Shown: positions 8,077 to 18,153, counted from the first letter of the stretch. The stretch: DNA of 64,000 nt from an uncultured Solirubrobacterales bacterium (GCA_963813765.1 CAWFAB010000001.1:652792-716791), one strand, 5' to 3'. Program-made: numbers and translations. The notes: generated by a model from the letters alone, not told the origin.

Positions 8077-11048
8077 GGGGCCTCCTTGGGTCGGCCGTTG
8101 GAAGTTGCGAAGCCGGCGGGCCGCGCGAGCTCGACCTCCACGTACACCGCACGGTCGCTGGGCACCGGCTGCCAGTTGAAGGGCAGGTAGCGCAGGTGCC
8201 CGTAGCGTGAGACGAGGTGCAGCCACTTGATCATCCCGGGCTCCACCTCGCTGCCGCCCTTCCAGTCCTTGTGCATGAACGGCTCCCAGCCGTTGTAGAG
8301 GATCAGCTGCCCCGGCCGCACCGAGGGCGAGAGCTTCGCCGCGACCTCGTAGGCGCCGCAGTCGTTGTGCACCCGCACGTCGTCTCCGTCGGCGATCCCG
8401 CGCCGCTCCGCGTCGAGCGGGCTGAGCGTGCAGACCGGCTTGCCGCGATGGGTCTCCAGCAGCACGGGGTTGCTCATGTTGGTCGAGTGGATCGAGTAGC
8501 GGCTGTGCCCGGAGGTAACGAGCAGCGGGTAGTCGCCGCCCATTTTCGGCGGGTCGCGGTGGCGGGGCAGGGCCTCGTCGGCCTCGATGAACCAAGGGTG
8601 GTCGATGTAGAACTGGGCGCGCTGGGTGAGCGTCGGGTAGGGGACTTTCTTCTGGGTGTGCCAGGAGAAGGCCGTGAGCGTCTGGTCGTGCTCGATGTCG
8701 GTCGCGGCGCCGAGGCCCATCGCGAAGATCCCCAGGCCGGTGAACCGGGTGGAGCCGGTCTCGCGCAGCGTGTCGAGGCTCGAGCCCGCCGGCAGCGTCC
8801 CGGTCGCGCCGGAGTCGCGGATCCACTCGTCGATCACCGCCTCCTCCTCGACGAAGGCGCCGCCCGAGGTGAACTGGTCGCCGAGGTTGTCGAGCTTGCG
8901 CACCACCCGGCGGCCGTCGCGGAACTCGGTGAAGCCGCGCTCCACCGAGCGCTCGGCGACCTTTTCCGAGAGCATCCTGAATATCTCCCACTCCGACTTC
9001 GATTCGCCCTGGCGTTCTGCGCAGCGATCGGAGAGGCCGACGTGGAGCGTGTTGGTGAGGGGGTACTGGAGGTTGGTCCGCTCGAACTGCGGCGCCGCGG
9101 GCAGCACCACGTCCGACCAGGCGCCGGTGGAGCTCATACGCCAATCGACCGAGACGATCAGGCGCAGCTTCGGCCACAGGTTCTCCAGCAGCATCCGCCG
9201 CCCGCCGCGGGTGCGCCGCAGCGTGTTGGTGCCCACGCCGAAGAGCACGCGTGGCTCGCTCTCCGGCCCCGGCCGCGCGACGCCGGCCCACCAGCCCTTC
9301 TCGGTCGCCTCGCGGAAGTAGTCGTCGAAGGGCCGCGGCATCTCCGGGTCGTTCCACTCGCGGCTGTTCCACGCCTCTTTGTAGCCGCAGTGGTGGTACC
9401 AGAAGAAGAAGGGCGGCGTCGAGGTCCCCATCGGCGCGGCGGCCTGGAGGAACTGCAGGCCGGCGATCTCGTCGGTGATGCCCGGGTTCTGCTCCTTCGC
9501 CGCGCTGATCGCCCCGGCGATGCCCGCCACGAGCTGCTCGGTCTCGGCGAGCCCGGGCTTCTGCTTGAGCTGGAAGAGGAAGTAGCCGTCGAGGCCGAGG
9601 ATGCAGAGGCCCTGGATGCCGCGTCCCTTGCCGCCCCAGTTGCCCGTGAGCCCCAGCAGCAGGACCATCGACCGTTCCATGAGATCGCCGTGGTAGTACT
9701 TCGGGGTGTTGTAGCCGGAGAGGATCTTCGTCGGCAGCCGCGCCGCCTTGCGCGCCAGGTCGCGGATCGTGTCGGGGTGTACGCCGCAGATCTCCGAGGC
9801 CTGCTCGGGGGTGTAGGCGGCGTTCAGGCGCTCCTTCAGGAGGGCGAAGACGGGCGTCACCTTGACGGTCGTTCCGCCGGCCCCGCCGGCGCCGTTGCCT
9901 GCACCGGCCCCGCCGGCCGAGCCGCCCTCGCCCTTGCACTCGACCTCGAAGACGCCCTCCAACACCGGGTCCACCCCGCCGAGGTCGAGCGTCCCGCGCG
10001 TCGCCGGCACAAGGCCCCGCTCGGCGTCCCACCAGTAGAACTGCTCCCCGGAGCCCTCTGCCTCGACGTCGGCCACGCGCAGAAAGCGGCCGTCCTCCAC
10101 GCGCACCAGCAGCGAGAGGTCGGTCTGCTCCTTGACGAAATCGAGGTCGGCGAGCCCCTCCTCCACGATCGTCTGGCACATCCCGAGCGCGAGCGCCGCG
10201 TCGGTCCCCGGCTGCACGGGCACAAAGCGGTCGGCGTGCAGCGAGGAGGGGTTGTAGTCCGGCGCGATGTTGACGACCTCGGCGCCGTGGTAGCGGGCCT
10301 CGGTGATGTAGTGGTGGTATGGGATGCTCGTGGAGGCCGGGTTGGAGTGCCAGATCAAAATCAACTTGGAGTGGAAGGTGTCGTCAACCGAAGAGGCCAT
10401 GCTGTACTTGCCGAACGTGAGGTACTGGCCGATCAGGAAGTCGTTGATGAGGCCGTTCCCGTCGAGGCTGACCGCCCCGATCAGCGCGGCGAAGCGCAAG
10501 TAAGAGGTCCAGCAGACGAGCCCCCCCTCGGTCGTCTCTTCAAAGACGACCGACTCCGGCCCCTCCTCCTTGATCGTGTCGATGATCGAGTCGGCGATCT
10601 TCGTCAGCGCCTCGTCCCAGCTTGCCTTGCGCCAGCGGCCCGAGCCGCGCTCGCCGTCGCGGATCAGGGGGTAGAGCAGCCGGTCGGGCGCATAGAGCTT
10701 CTGGCTCCAGGCGGCGCCCTTCTGGCAGCTCATCGGGTTCATGTCGGGCACGCCCTCCTCGATCCGCCCGAAGGTCGCGGCGGGCTCCTCGTAGACGACC
10801 CTCCCGTCCTTGGTGAAGACCCGGTAGGGGCACATCGCCAGGCAGTTGGCGCAGTGCGTCCCCCAGGAGACGCGGTCGAAATCGAGCCGGTCGCGGTAGT
10901 GCTCCATGCTCGCCGGCGCGTCCCGCGCGCCGTCCGTACCCGCCGCGGCGTCCTGCGCGCCGTCCGTACCCGCCGCGGCGTCCCGCGCGCCGTCCGTGCC
11001 CGCCGCCGCGTTTTGCGCGCGCTCCATGCTTGCCGGTGGAGCCTCCAC
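8073..11048 (-). CDS. DMSO reductase family type II Mo-bisPGD catalytic alpha subunit, copy 2 (EbdA/S25dA-like)
   Basis: FS0 motif WGTHCANCLAMC...PDMNPMSCQKG, Asp ligand in LINDF, PGTDAALAL, GHSRYSIHS; no Tat signal; start may be 10908. Confidence 0.92.
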   Translation of the reverse strand: MEAPPASMERAQNAAAGTDGARDAAAGTDGAQDAAAGTDGARDAPASMEHYRDRLDFDRVSWGTHCANCLAMCPYRVFTKDGRVVYEEPAATFGRIEEGVPDMNPMSCQKGAAWSQKLYAPDRLLYPLIRDGERGSGRWRKASWDEALTKIADSIIDTIKEEGPESVVFEETTEGGLVCWTSYLRFAALIGAVSLDGNGLINDFLIGQYLTFGKYSMASSVDDTFHSKLILIWHSNPASTSIPYHHYITEARYHGAEVVNIAPDYNPSSLHADRFVPVQPGTDAALALGMCQTIVEEGLADLDFVKEQTDLSLLVRVEDGRFLRVADVEAEGSGEQFYWWDAERGLVPATRGTLDLGGVDPVLEGVFEVECKGEGGSAGGAGAGNGAGGAGGTTVKVTPVFALLKERLNAAYTPEQASEICGVHPDTIRDLARKAARLPTKILSGYNTPKYYHGDLMERSMVLLLGLTGNWGGKGRGIQGLCILGLDGYFLFQLKQKPGLAETEQLVAGIAGAISAAKEQNPGITDEIAGLQFLQAAAPMGTSTPPFFFWYHHCGYKEAWNSREWNDPEMPRPFDDYFREATEKGWWAGVARPGPESEPRVLFGVGTNTLRRTRGGRRMLLENLWPKLRLIVSVDWRMSSTGAWSDVVLPAAPQFERTNLQYPLTNTLHVGLSDRCAERQGESKSEWEIFRMLSEKVAERSVERGFTEFRDGRRVVRKLDNLGDQFTSGGAFVEEEAVIDEWIRDSGATGTLPAGSSLDTLRETGSTRFTGLGIFAMGLGAATDIEHDQTLTAFSWHTQKKVPYPTLTQRAQFYIDHPWFIEADEALPRHRDPPKMGGDYPLLVTSGHSRYSIHSTNMSNPVLLETHRGKPVCTLSPLDAERRGIADGDDVRVHNDCGAYEVAAKLSPSVRPGQLILYNGWEPFMHKDWKGGSEVEPGMIKWLHLVSRYGHLRYLPFNWQPVPSDRAVYVEVELARPAGFATSNGRPKEAP
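10918..11007. repeat. 3 x 30-bp tandem repeat encoding AAAGTDGA(R/Q)D in the alpha-subunit N-terminus
   Basis: Units at 10918, 10948, 10978; flanked by duplicated gctccatgctygccgg (10901, 11021). Confidence 0.9.
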
Positions 11049-11070
11049 GCGCGTCTCCCCCTTCAGCCCG

Positions 11071-11778
11071 TCACGACCCCGCCGACGCGGTCGCGGGGGC
11101 GCCGGCCCCCGTGCTCAGGTGCGCGCGGTCGGCAGCGAGGAAGCGCGCGGTCGTCTCCACGAGGGCGGTGAAGAAGGCGGAGACCTCCAGCTCCTCCATG
11201 CGCTTGACGAGCATCGGGAACCAGCGGCCGGGATGGCGGTCGAGGAAGTCGAGCTGCGCCCGGCTGTAGGGGACGGCGAGGGTCGGCATCGGGGCGGCAG
11301 CCTCGCGGTAGGTCAGGTAGAGCAGGAACTCCAGCTCCGTGGAGAGATGGTCCGGCGGGATCCGCCGCTCCTCCGACGTTTTCAGGCCGAAGTAGTTGTA
11401 GAAGCGCACGACCTCCTCCATCACGCCCATCCGGTTTCCGAGCCAGACGCCGCCGTAGAGCGGACAGGGCGGCCCGCCGGTGCCGACCTCGAAGAGGCTG
11501 AGGTACTCGCTGTGGTGCTCCTCGCTGGTGCAGGTCGGCGTGAGCGCCTCGGAAGGGACCTCGAACGCGAACGGCAGATCGGAAACCAGCTCGGCGAGCT
11601 CCGCCGCGAAGCCGCCGTCGGCGAGGCGCGTGAACTGCTCCTCCTCGGGGATGTCGAAGACCGAGGCGAGCTGCCCGTAGAACTTGCTGCGCGCGACGAC
11701 CGGCCCGCCCTCGGGCTCCTTGAGGGCGTCGACCCCCGCGTCCTTGATGTCCAGACCGACGAGCGAGAAGCCGAACAT
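11071..11778 (-). CDS. TorD/DmsD-family private chaperone (EbdD-like delta subunit)
   Basis: EYLSLFEVG...PPCPLY, RFYNYFGL, PPDHLSTELEFL motifs. Confidence 0.88.
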   Translation of the reverse strand: MFGFSLVGLDIKDAGVDALKEPEGGPVVARSKFYGQLASVFDIPEEEQFTRLADGGFAAELAELVSDLPFAFEVPSEALTPTCTSEEHHSEYLSLFEVGTGGPPCPLYGGVWLGNRMGVMEEVVRFYNYFGLKTSEERRIPPDHLSTELEFLLYLTYREAAAPMPTLAVPYSRAQLDFLDRHPGRWFPMLVKRMEELEVSAFFTALVETTARFLAADRAHLSTGAGAPATASAGS

Positions 11779-12960
11779 CACGCCCCCTCGGGGGCGGCGG
11801 CGGAGCCTTTGGCGGCGGCGCGGCCTTTGGCGGAACCCCCGGTCGCGCGGCCTTTGGCGGGAACCTCGACGACGGCGAGACCGTCCGCGGCAGCCGAGCC
11901 GTTGCCGGCGCCGGTGGCCGCAAGCTGCGCCGGGTCCACAGTGAACGGGCCGAGCAGCGACTGCCATTCATAGGCGATCAGGGTCTGCAGCATTTCCGAC
12001 TCGCCCCCGGAGCGCACCGTCTGGAGCTCCCCGCGCAGCTTCTCCAGGACCGCGCCGACGCGCGGCCCGAAGAGGTACTCCAGGTAGTCCAAAGGAATGC
12101 GCGGCTGATCTCGTCGATGTTGCCGTCGGGCGCGAGGCGTGGCGGCGAGATCGGCGGCACGTAGTAGACGTTCGGGCTCCGTGCCGTACTCGGGGTGCAG
12201 CGGCAGCGCCACTGCCACTTCTTCACCAGCTTGTGGATCGGCCCGTTCTGGTCGTCGAGGAAGCCGACGAACGCGCAGCCGCCCCGGGCACTGCCGCGCG
12301 CAGGCCGGCGCGACGCCCTTCTCGATGCGCGGGTAAGCAGAAGATGCAGTTCTGGCGCGAGCTGGCGGGCGTGGTTGAAGTAGATCTTCTTGTACGGGCA
12401 GGCCTCCATGCAGAAGCGGTAGCCCTTGCAGCGCTCCTCGCTGATCAGCGACGATGCCGTCCTCTTCGCGCTTGTAGATGGCGTTGCGCGGGCAGGCTTC
12501 GAGGCAGGCCGGGTGCGTGCAGTGGTTGCAGATGCGCGGCAGGTAGAAGTAGAAGCTGTTCGGGTACTGGCCGCCGCCCTGGTCCTCGTCCCAGTTCGGG
12601 CCCCAGTCCGGCGAGCCGGCCTGGGCTGCAGGTGGACGGCCGTTGCCCTTGCCGCCGAAGAAGACCTCGTCGAAGTTGAAGTCCCAGCCGCCGCCGAAGT
12701 CCGCGCGGGTCGGCAGCTTGCCCGGGCTGCGGCTCCTCGTCGCGGAAGCCGCCGCCCATCTTCTCCCAATCGCGCGGCGTGCCCTTGCCCGGCTGGGTGT
12801 TGACCGTGCCCCACCACATGTACTCCATGCCCTCGTCGCGGGTCCACAGAACCTTGCACGCCACCGAGCAGGTCTGGCAGCCGAGGCACTTGTTCAGATC
12901 GAAGACGATGGCAAGCTGGCGCTCAAGCTTGGCGGGGCGCGCGGCGGTTGACTCAGGCAT
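11778..12960 (-). CDS. Fe-S beta subunit (EbdB/NarH-like), several frameshifts
   Basis: DLNKCLGCQTCSVACK, PNWDEDQG, RICNHCTHPAC, CKGYRFCMEACPYKKIY, LPLHPEYGTEP pieces across frames. Confidence 0.9.
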
Positions 12961-13016
12961 CGAACACCTCCGCGAGACGGCGTTCGAGACCGGCGCGGCG
13001 CGCGGCACTCACGGAA

Positions 13017-13670
13017 TCAGGCATCGAGAACCATCTCCTCCCACTGCGGCGAGCTCGCCTTGAGCCCGGCCCGCTCCTGGTTTGCCCCGACCCAGACCGC
13101 GAACCCCACCGCGATGCCCGAGCCGGGCGAAAAGGCCGGCGTGCCGCCCGCGAGCGGGTGCTCGAAGACGACCTGCCGGCGTGCCGCCTCGGTGTGCGAG
13201 CGCGCCGAGAGGCCGTTCGGCCCCTCCGCCGGGCGGAGTGTTCCGATACCGGTCGCGGTCAGATCCTCGACCGCCTCCGGCGCGCCGGCGGCCCAGCGCC
13301 AGACGGTGACCGGCGCCTTGTCGCTGCCGTGCTGCAGCTCAGCGGCGCCGTTGCACGGGAACATCAGCGCCACGGCGTCAGGGAACGAGTCGGGCCCCTC
13401 AAGCGGATACGGGAACTCCTCGGCGGCGCCGGGCGCGCGCGACGGGCTCTCCCACACGACACGCACGTAAAGGTTCTCCCCGTCGTGCGCCGCCTGGGCG
13501 CTCAGCTCGCGCACGAGCCCGTAGGGCCGCGTCGCCCACGCCGCGCGCACCGTGCGCGAGGGCAGCAGGGCGATCGGCGTCGCGCTCAGCGCGAGCGGTT
13601 CGGAGGGCACCTGCGCCCACTCCGTCGCGGAGGGGTCCGAGAGGGCCGCTGTGGTTCGCTTGGCGTTCAT
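13017..13670 (-). CDS. Heme b gamma subunit (EbdC-like, DOMON-like)
   Basis: AAHDGENLYVRVVW, FPDAVALMFP, PVTVWRW, FAVWVGANQERAGLK. Confidence 0.82.
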   Translation of the reverse strand: MNAKRTTAALSDPSATEWAQVPSEPLALSATPIALLPSRTVRAAWATRPYGLVRELSAQAAHDGENLYVRVVWESPSRAPGAAEEFPYPLEGPDSFPDAVALMFPCNGAAELQHGSDKAPVTVWRWAAGAPEAVEDLTATGIGTLRPAEGPNGLSARSHTEAARRQVVFEHPLAGGTPAFSPGSGIAVGFAVWVGANQERAGLKASSPQWEEMVLDA

Positions 13671-16522
13671 CGCTCCGCTCCGTTCACGGCGCCGTTCGGT
13701 GAACCGTTCACCGGAACAGGCGCCTTTTCGACGTGAACATAGACCCCCCGGTCGAAGGGCACCGGCTGCCACTGGGTCGGCCAGAAGCGCAGGTGGCCGT
13801 AGCCGCCGGCGAAGTGCAGCCACTTCACCATGCCCGGCTCGACGTCTCCGGCCCTTCCAATCCTTGAACTGGAACGGCTCGTAGCCGTTGTAGATGACCA
13901 CCTGGCCGGGGCGGCCGGGCTTGTGACGCACCGGCATGCGCAGGCGCCGAGGTCGTTGAAGAGCCGCGCCTCGTCGTCGTTCTCCAGGCCGCGCGCCGCC
14001 ATGTCGTCGGGGTTCATGTACATCACCGGATGGCCGCGGTGGGTCTGCAGCATCACGCGGCTGGTGGTGTTCATCGAGTGGATGCTCCAGCGCGGATGGC
14101 CGCTGGTCAGGCGCAGCGGGAACTCGCCGCCGTGGTGCGGGTTGTCCTTGTGCCCGGCATCTCCTCGCCGGCTTCGAGGTACCAGTCGTGATCGATGTAG
14201 AACGAGCGCGCGGCGCTTCAGCGTCGGGTAGGGCTTGACTCGACGTGGTTGCGGAAGGGGGTGTGCGGTCTTGTTGGGCTCGATCGGCGACTGCTGGCGA
14301 CCATCATCGCCGAGTTGCCCCAGCCGACGGCGCGCACCGCGCCGCTTCGCGCATCTTCTCCAGGTCGGTGTCGGGGGGAATGGTGCCGAGGATGGCGCTG
14401 TCGCGGAGGACTTCGTCGATGAGCTTGGCGTCGTCGGCGAGGTCGCCGCCTTGGTGATCCATCTCGCCCAGATTTTCGAGGTGTACCGGCTCGCCGTTCC
14501 TGTCGCGGCCCACGGTGATGCCGCGTGCCTTGGCGCGCCCTGCAGCGCCTTGGCAGACCCTTGAAGATCTGCCACTCGCTGCGCGCTTCGCCCGCGGGCG
14601 CGGCGGCGCTTCTCGATGAGCAGGCACGTGCATCAGGTGCGGCATCGGCTGTGGAAGGTCATCTTCTCGTAGTGCTGCGCCGCGGGCAGGATGTAGTCGG
14701 CGTAAGGCCGGTGGTGTTGATGCGCCAGTCGACCGAGACGATCATCTTGAGCTTCGGCCACAGGTGCTCGAGCAGCGTGCGCGGCGCCGCCGCGCGTGCG
14801 GCGCAGCAGGTTGCCGCCGACCTCGATCAGGAAGCGCGGCTCGGCCGCGCTGCGGCCAGCTCCGGCAGCCTGTCCACCAGCCCTTCGCGATCGCTTCGTT
14901 GAAATACTCGTCGAAGGGCGCTTCATCTCCGGGTCGTTGTACCCGGGGCGGTTCCAGATCTCGCGGTAGCCGCAGTGGTGGTACCAGAAGAAGGCCGGCG
15001 GCGTCATCGCCCATCGTCTGCGCTGATCGAGCGCTCGAAGGCGCGTCGACTCCATCTCGTCGGTGATCGTCGGATCGCCATCATCGATGCACGTCCTGCA
15101 TCGCGTCAGGCTGGCCATGACGACCTCCTGGGCGCCCTCCGGGCCGGCCTTGCGCTTGAGCAGCACGGTGAACATGCCGTCGAGCGCCCGGCCCAGCTGC
15201 GCGCGCCGGTGCCGTGCTTGCCCCAGTTGCCGGTGAGCCCGAGGATGAGCATCATCGCGCGCTCCATCAGGTCGCCGTGGTAGTACTTGCCGGAGTTCCA
15301 GCCCATCATGATGCGCGTCCGCTTCGCCGCGATCTTGCGGGCGAGCTTGCGGATCGTGTCGGGGTGGACGCCGCAGATCGCTTGCGCCTTCTCCGGCGTG
15401 TAGTGCGCGTTGAGCATGTCGCGCAGCAGCGCGAACACCGGTCGCACCTCGACGCGCTCCGCCGGCGAGCGTCGACCTCGCCGACCCCGTCGAGCGCCGG
15501 GATCGACGGCGCCCGGGGTCGAGGGTCGCCCGCGGCGCCTCGACGACCGTGCCGGTCTTGGCGTCGAGCCAGTAGAACTGGTCGTCGGCTCCGGCGCCGA
15601 GGTCGGTCGGCGCGCAGGAAGCGGCGGCTGTCGATGCGCACCAGGAGCGGCAGATCGGTCTGCTTCTGCACGAAGTGCCGTCGAGCAGGTCCTCGGCGAT
15701 GACCACCTGCGACATGGCGTTGGCGAAGGCGGCGTCGGTGCCGATCTCGATCGGCAGGTGGTAGTCGGCGTGGACGGCGGACGGGCTGAAGTCGGGGGCG
15801 ATGGTGACGACCTCGCCGCCGTTGTACCGCGCCTCCTGCATGAAGTGGTACCAGGTGATGTTGGTGTACACCGGGTTGGCGTGCCAGATGAGGACCAGCT
15901 CGCTGTGGAAGAAGTCGTCGGCGCCGGGGCGGCGTCGAACTTCCCGAAGGTCGTGTAGATGCCGGGGCTGAAGTCGTTGATCTCCGCTTGCAGGTCGGTG
16001 ACCTGAGAAGCCGAGCTGGCCGAGAAGTCGCTGGATCTGCTGCGTGCCGCCGCGCCCGGCGTGCCGATGTGGTAGAGCGACTGCGGTCCCTGGTCCTGCG
16101 GACGCGTCGAGGATGGCGTCGGCGATGTCGTTGCAGCGCGGTCTCCCAGGAGACGCGCTTCCAACTTGCCTTCGCCGCGCTCGCCGACGCGCTTCATCGG
16201 ATAGAGGACGCGCTCCTCGTTGTAGTGCTGCTGGCTCCAGGAGCGCGCCCTTCTGGCAGCCCATCGGGTTCATGTCGGGGACGCCCGGCTCGATTTGTCG
16301 TGAAGATCGCGGCTTGCTCCTCGCGGACGACCTTGCCGTCGCGCGAGTAGACCCGCCACGGGCAGCCGCCGGGATAGCAGTCGACGGCGTGGCAGCCCCA
16401 GGTGACCTTGTCCCATCTCCAGGCTCGCGGTAGATGTCGTCCGGGCCGGTGTACTCCGCGTTCCGCACCGCGCGCCGTGCGCGCCGTGAGCGTGTGGTTG
16501 TGCTGCCGGCCGGCTGACTCAT
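13667..16522 (-). CDS. DMSO reductase family type II Mo-bisPGD catalytic alpha subunit, copy 1 (heavily frameshifted)
   Basis: WDKVTWGCHAVDCYPGGC, PDMNPMGCQKG, EINDFSPG, YYHGDLMER, GHPRWSIHS, EPGMVKWLHFAGGYGHL across frames; paralog of 8073-11048. Confidence 0.88.
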
Positions 16523-16604
16523 GCGCTTCCCTCCTCGGGATCCTGCGGGGATCTACGTTCGGAGCGATTCGGAGCGGATGCGCCCTCGAATCGACTCAGA
16601 GTGA

Positions 16605-16656
16605 ACTCAACACCCCGGGGGCGCCGTTGTAAATCCCGACATTTGTCGGGGATCGG
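16605..16656 (-). promoter_or_regulatory. Promoter/operator block upstream of the Mo-enzyme operon (7-2-7 inverted repeat)
   Basis: ACTCAACA-N13-GTTGTAAATCCCGACATTTGTCGGGGATCGG, with CCCGACA-TT-TGTCGGG; identical block at 17099-17150. Confidence 0.75.
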
Positions 16657-16677
16657 GAGCGCCGCCCGGCGTCGCGG

Positions 16678-17090
16678 CTACTTCACCGTCAGCGTGCCCC
16701 ACATCCCCCCCACACGGTGGCCGGGCACCTGGCAGAAGAACGTGTAGGTGCCGGGCTTGAGGTGACGGTGATCGAGGCCGAGCCGCCGGTGATGACCTTG
16801 CTTGCGCCGAGCACGGGCGTGGAACCCTGCATCGCGCCGCTTGAGCCCTGTTGGACGGCGATGTTGTGCGGGACGCCGGACGTGTTGGCCATCGTGATCG
16901 TGACCGCGCCCGCGGTCGCCGTGGCCTTGGCGATCGTGAAGGCAGGCCGGCCTTCGGGGTTGGCGTCGATCTCCAGCTTGCCCGCCTTCTCTACGGCCGG
17001 CGTGCCGGCGCCCGGTTGGGGCTTGGATGCCCCGCATCCAGCGACGGCGAGGACGCCCAGCGCGACACAGACCGTTGCTCGCAGACCCAT
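16678..17090 (-). CDS. Plastocyanin/azurin-family blue copper lipoprotein (frameshift near 16760)
   Basis: Lipobox LAVAGC, HNIAV, YTFFCQVPGHRVGGMWGTL type-1 Cu ligands H/C/H/M. Confidence 0.85.
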
Positions 17091-17098
17091 GCCCCTGG

Positions 17099-17150
17099 AC
17101 TCAACATCGTGGCGAGGCGGTTGTAAATCCCGACATTTGTCGGGGATCGG
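17099..17150 (-). promoter_or_regulatory. Second copy of the promoter/operator block, upstream of the cupredoxin gene
   Basis: 31-bp identity with 16626-16656 plus ACTCAACA at the same N13 spacing. Confidence 0.75.
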
Positions 17151-17175
17151 CCGCGCGACGCTGAAGCGAGGGGCC

Positions 17176-17955
17176 CTACCCGGCAGCGGACATCTGCCGG
17201 GGATCGCCCGGCTCGCCGAGCAGCCCCAGCTCCCAGCCGCGGGCGACCGCCGCCGCGCGGCTGCTCACGTCCATGCAGCGCAGCAGGCCCGAGATGTGGT
17301 CGCGGACGGTAAAGACGCTCAGGCCGGTGGCCGTGGCTATCTCCTTGTTCGACAGGCCCCGGCTCAGAAGGCCGATTATCTGGTGCTGGCGCGCGGTGAG
17401 GGTCGGCGCCGGCTCCCGCCCGGAGCCGTGGCTCTCATAGCTTCTCGCCGCCTCGAGCGCCAGGCCGAGGCTCTTCCCCACCGACGCCGCGGCCCTCAGC
17501 AGCTCGTCGGTGACCCCGAAGGGCTCGCCACGGCGGTCGAACAGCACCGCCGCCAGCGGGCCGGAGCTGTCGATCACGGGGACGCAGAGCAGGGGTCCGA
17601 GGCTGAACAGCGTGACGTATCTCATCGGGAGCGCCGGTCCGTGGCGGGCGTTCAGCGTGAACACCGGCCGCCGGCCGGTCACGCAGCCCTCGATCCAGGG
17701 GCTCGACTCGAACGGCTCGGCGATGCTGCCGAGGACCGACAGGTCGAGTCCATACCCGGTGGCGCCTCTGACCTGACGGTTGCCGAAGTTGGCGTGCAGG
17801 AACACCGCGCGGGAGAAGCCGAGCGCGCGACAGGCCTCCCGGCCGATGGCGGCCGTGAGGCGCGCCACCGGCGAGGCGCTCAGCAGGAACTTGTTGAAGG
17901 CGTCCAGCCGCCACACCAGCTCGTCATCGGACGGCCTCGCGGACCGCCGGGCCAT
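17176..17955 (-). CDS. GAF domain + LuxR-type HTH transcriptional regulator
   Basis: GAF-like N-part (LLCVPVI), C-terminal LTARQHQII..LSRGLSNKEIA..TGLSVFTVRDHIS. Confidence 0.88.
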   Translation of the reverse strand: MARRSARPSDDELVWRLDAFNKFLLSASPVARLTAAIGREACRALGFSRAVFLHANFGNRQVRGATGYGLDLSVLGSIAEPFESSPWIEGCVTGRRPVFTLNARHGPALPMRYVTLFSLGPLLCVPVIDSSGPLAAVLFDRRGEPFGVTDELLRAAASVGKSLGLALEAARSYESHGSGREPAPTLTARQHQIIGLLSRGLSNKEIATATGLSVFTVRDHISGLLRCMDVSSRAAAVARGWELGLLGEPGDPRQMSAAG

Positions 17956-18062
17956 GCCTGCTCTGCTCGTCAGTGAATTCGGCACTCCTCCACCCGACCC
18001 TTCGCAGTTGCCCCGACTCGACCGTTCCCGGCGACCTACTCCACGAAACGGACACTTCTCCA

Positions 18063-18080
18063 TGTTAGGGTACCCTAACA
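18063..18080. promoter_or_regulatory. Perfect 18-bp palindrome, DtxR/IdeR/MntR-like box
   Basis: TGTTAGGGTACCCTAACA containing TTAGG-N4-CCTAA, in a divergent intergenic region. Confidence 0.55.
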
Positions 18081-18153
18081 GCGGCTCGATCGCCCCTCCA
18101 AAGGAGGGGCCCACGGGCCTTCCGCCACCGTCGACGAGGAGGGCGCACCCCGC

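Noticed and set aside
16455..16522. SRRARR in the alpha1 N-terminus as a Tat motif
   Set aside because: No FLK-like consensus or hydrophobic h-region before the mature domain
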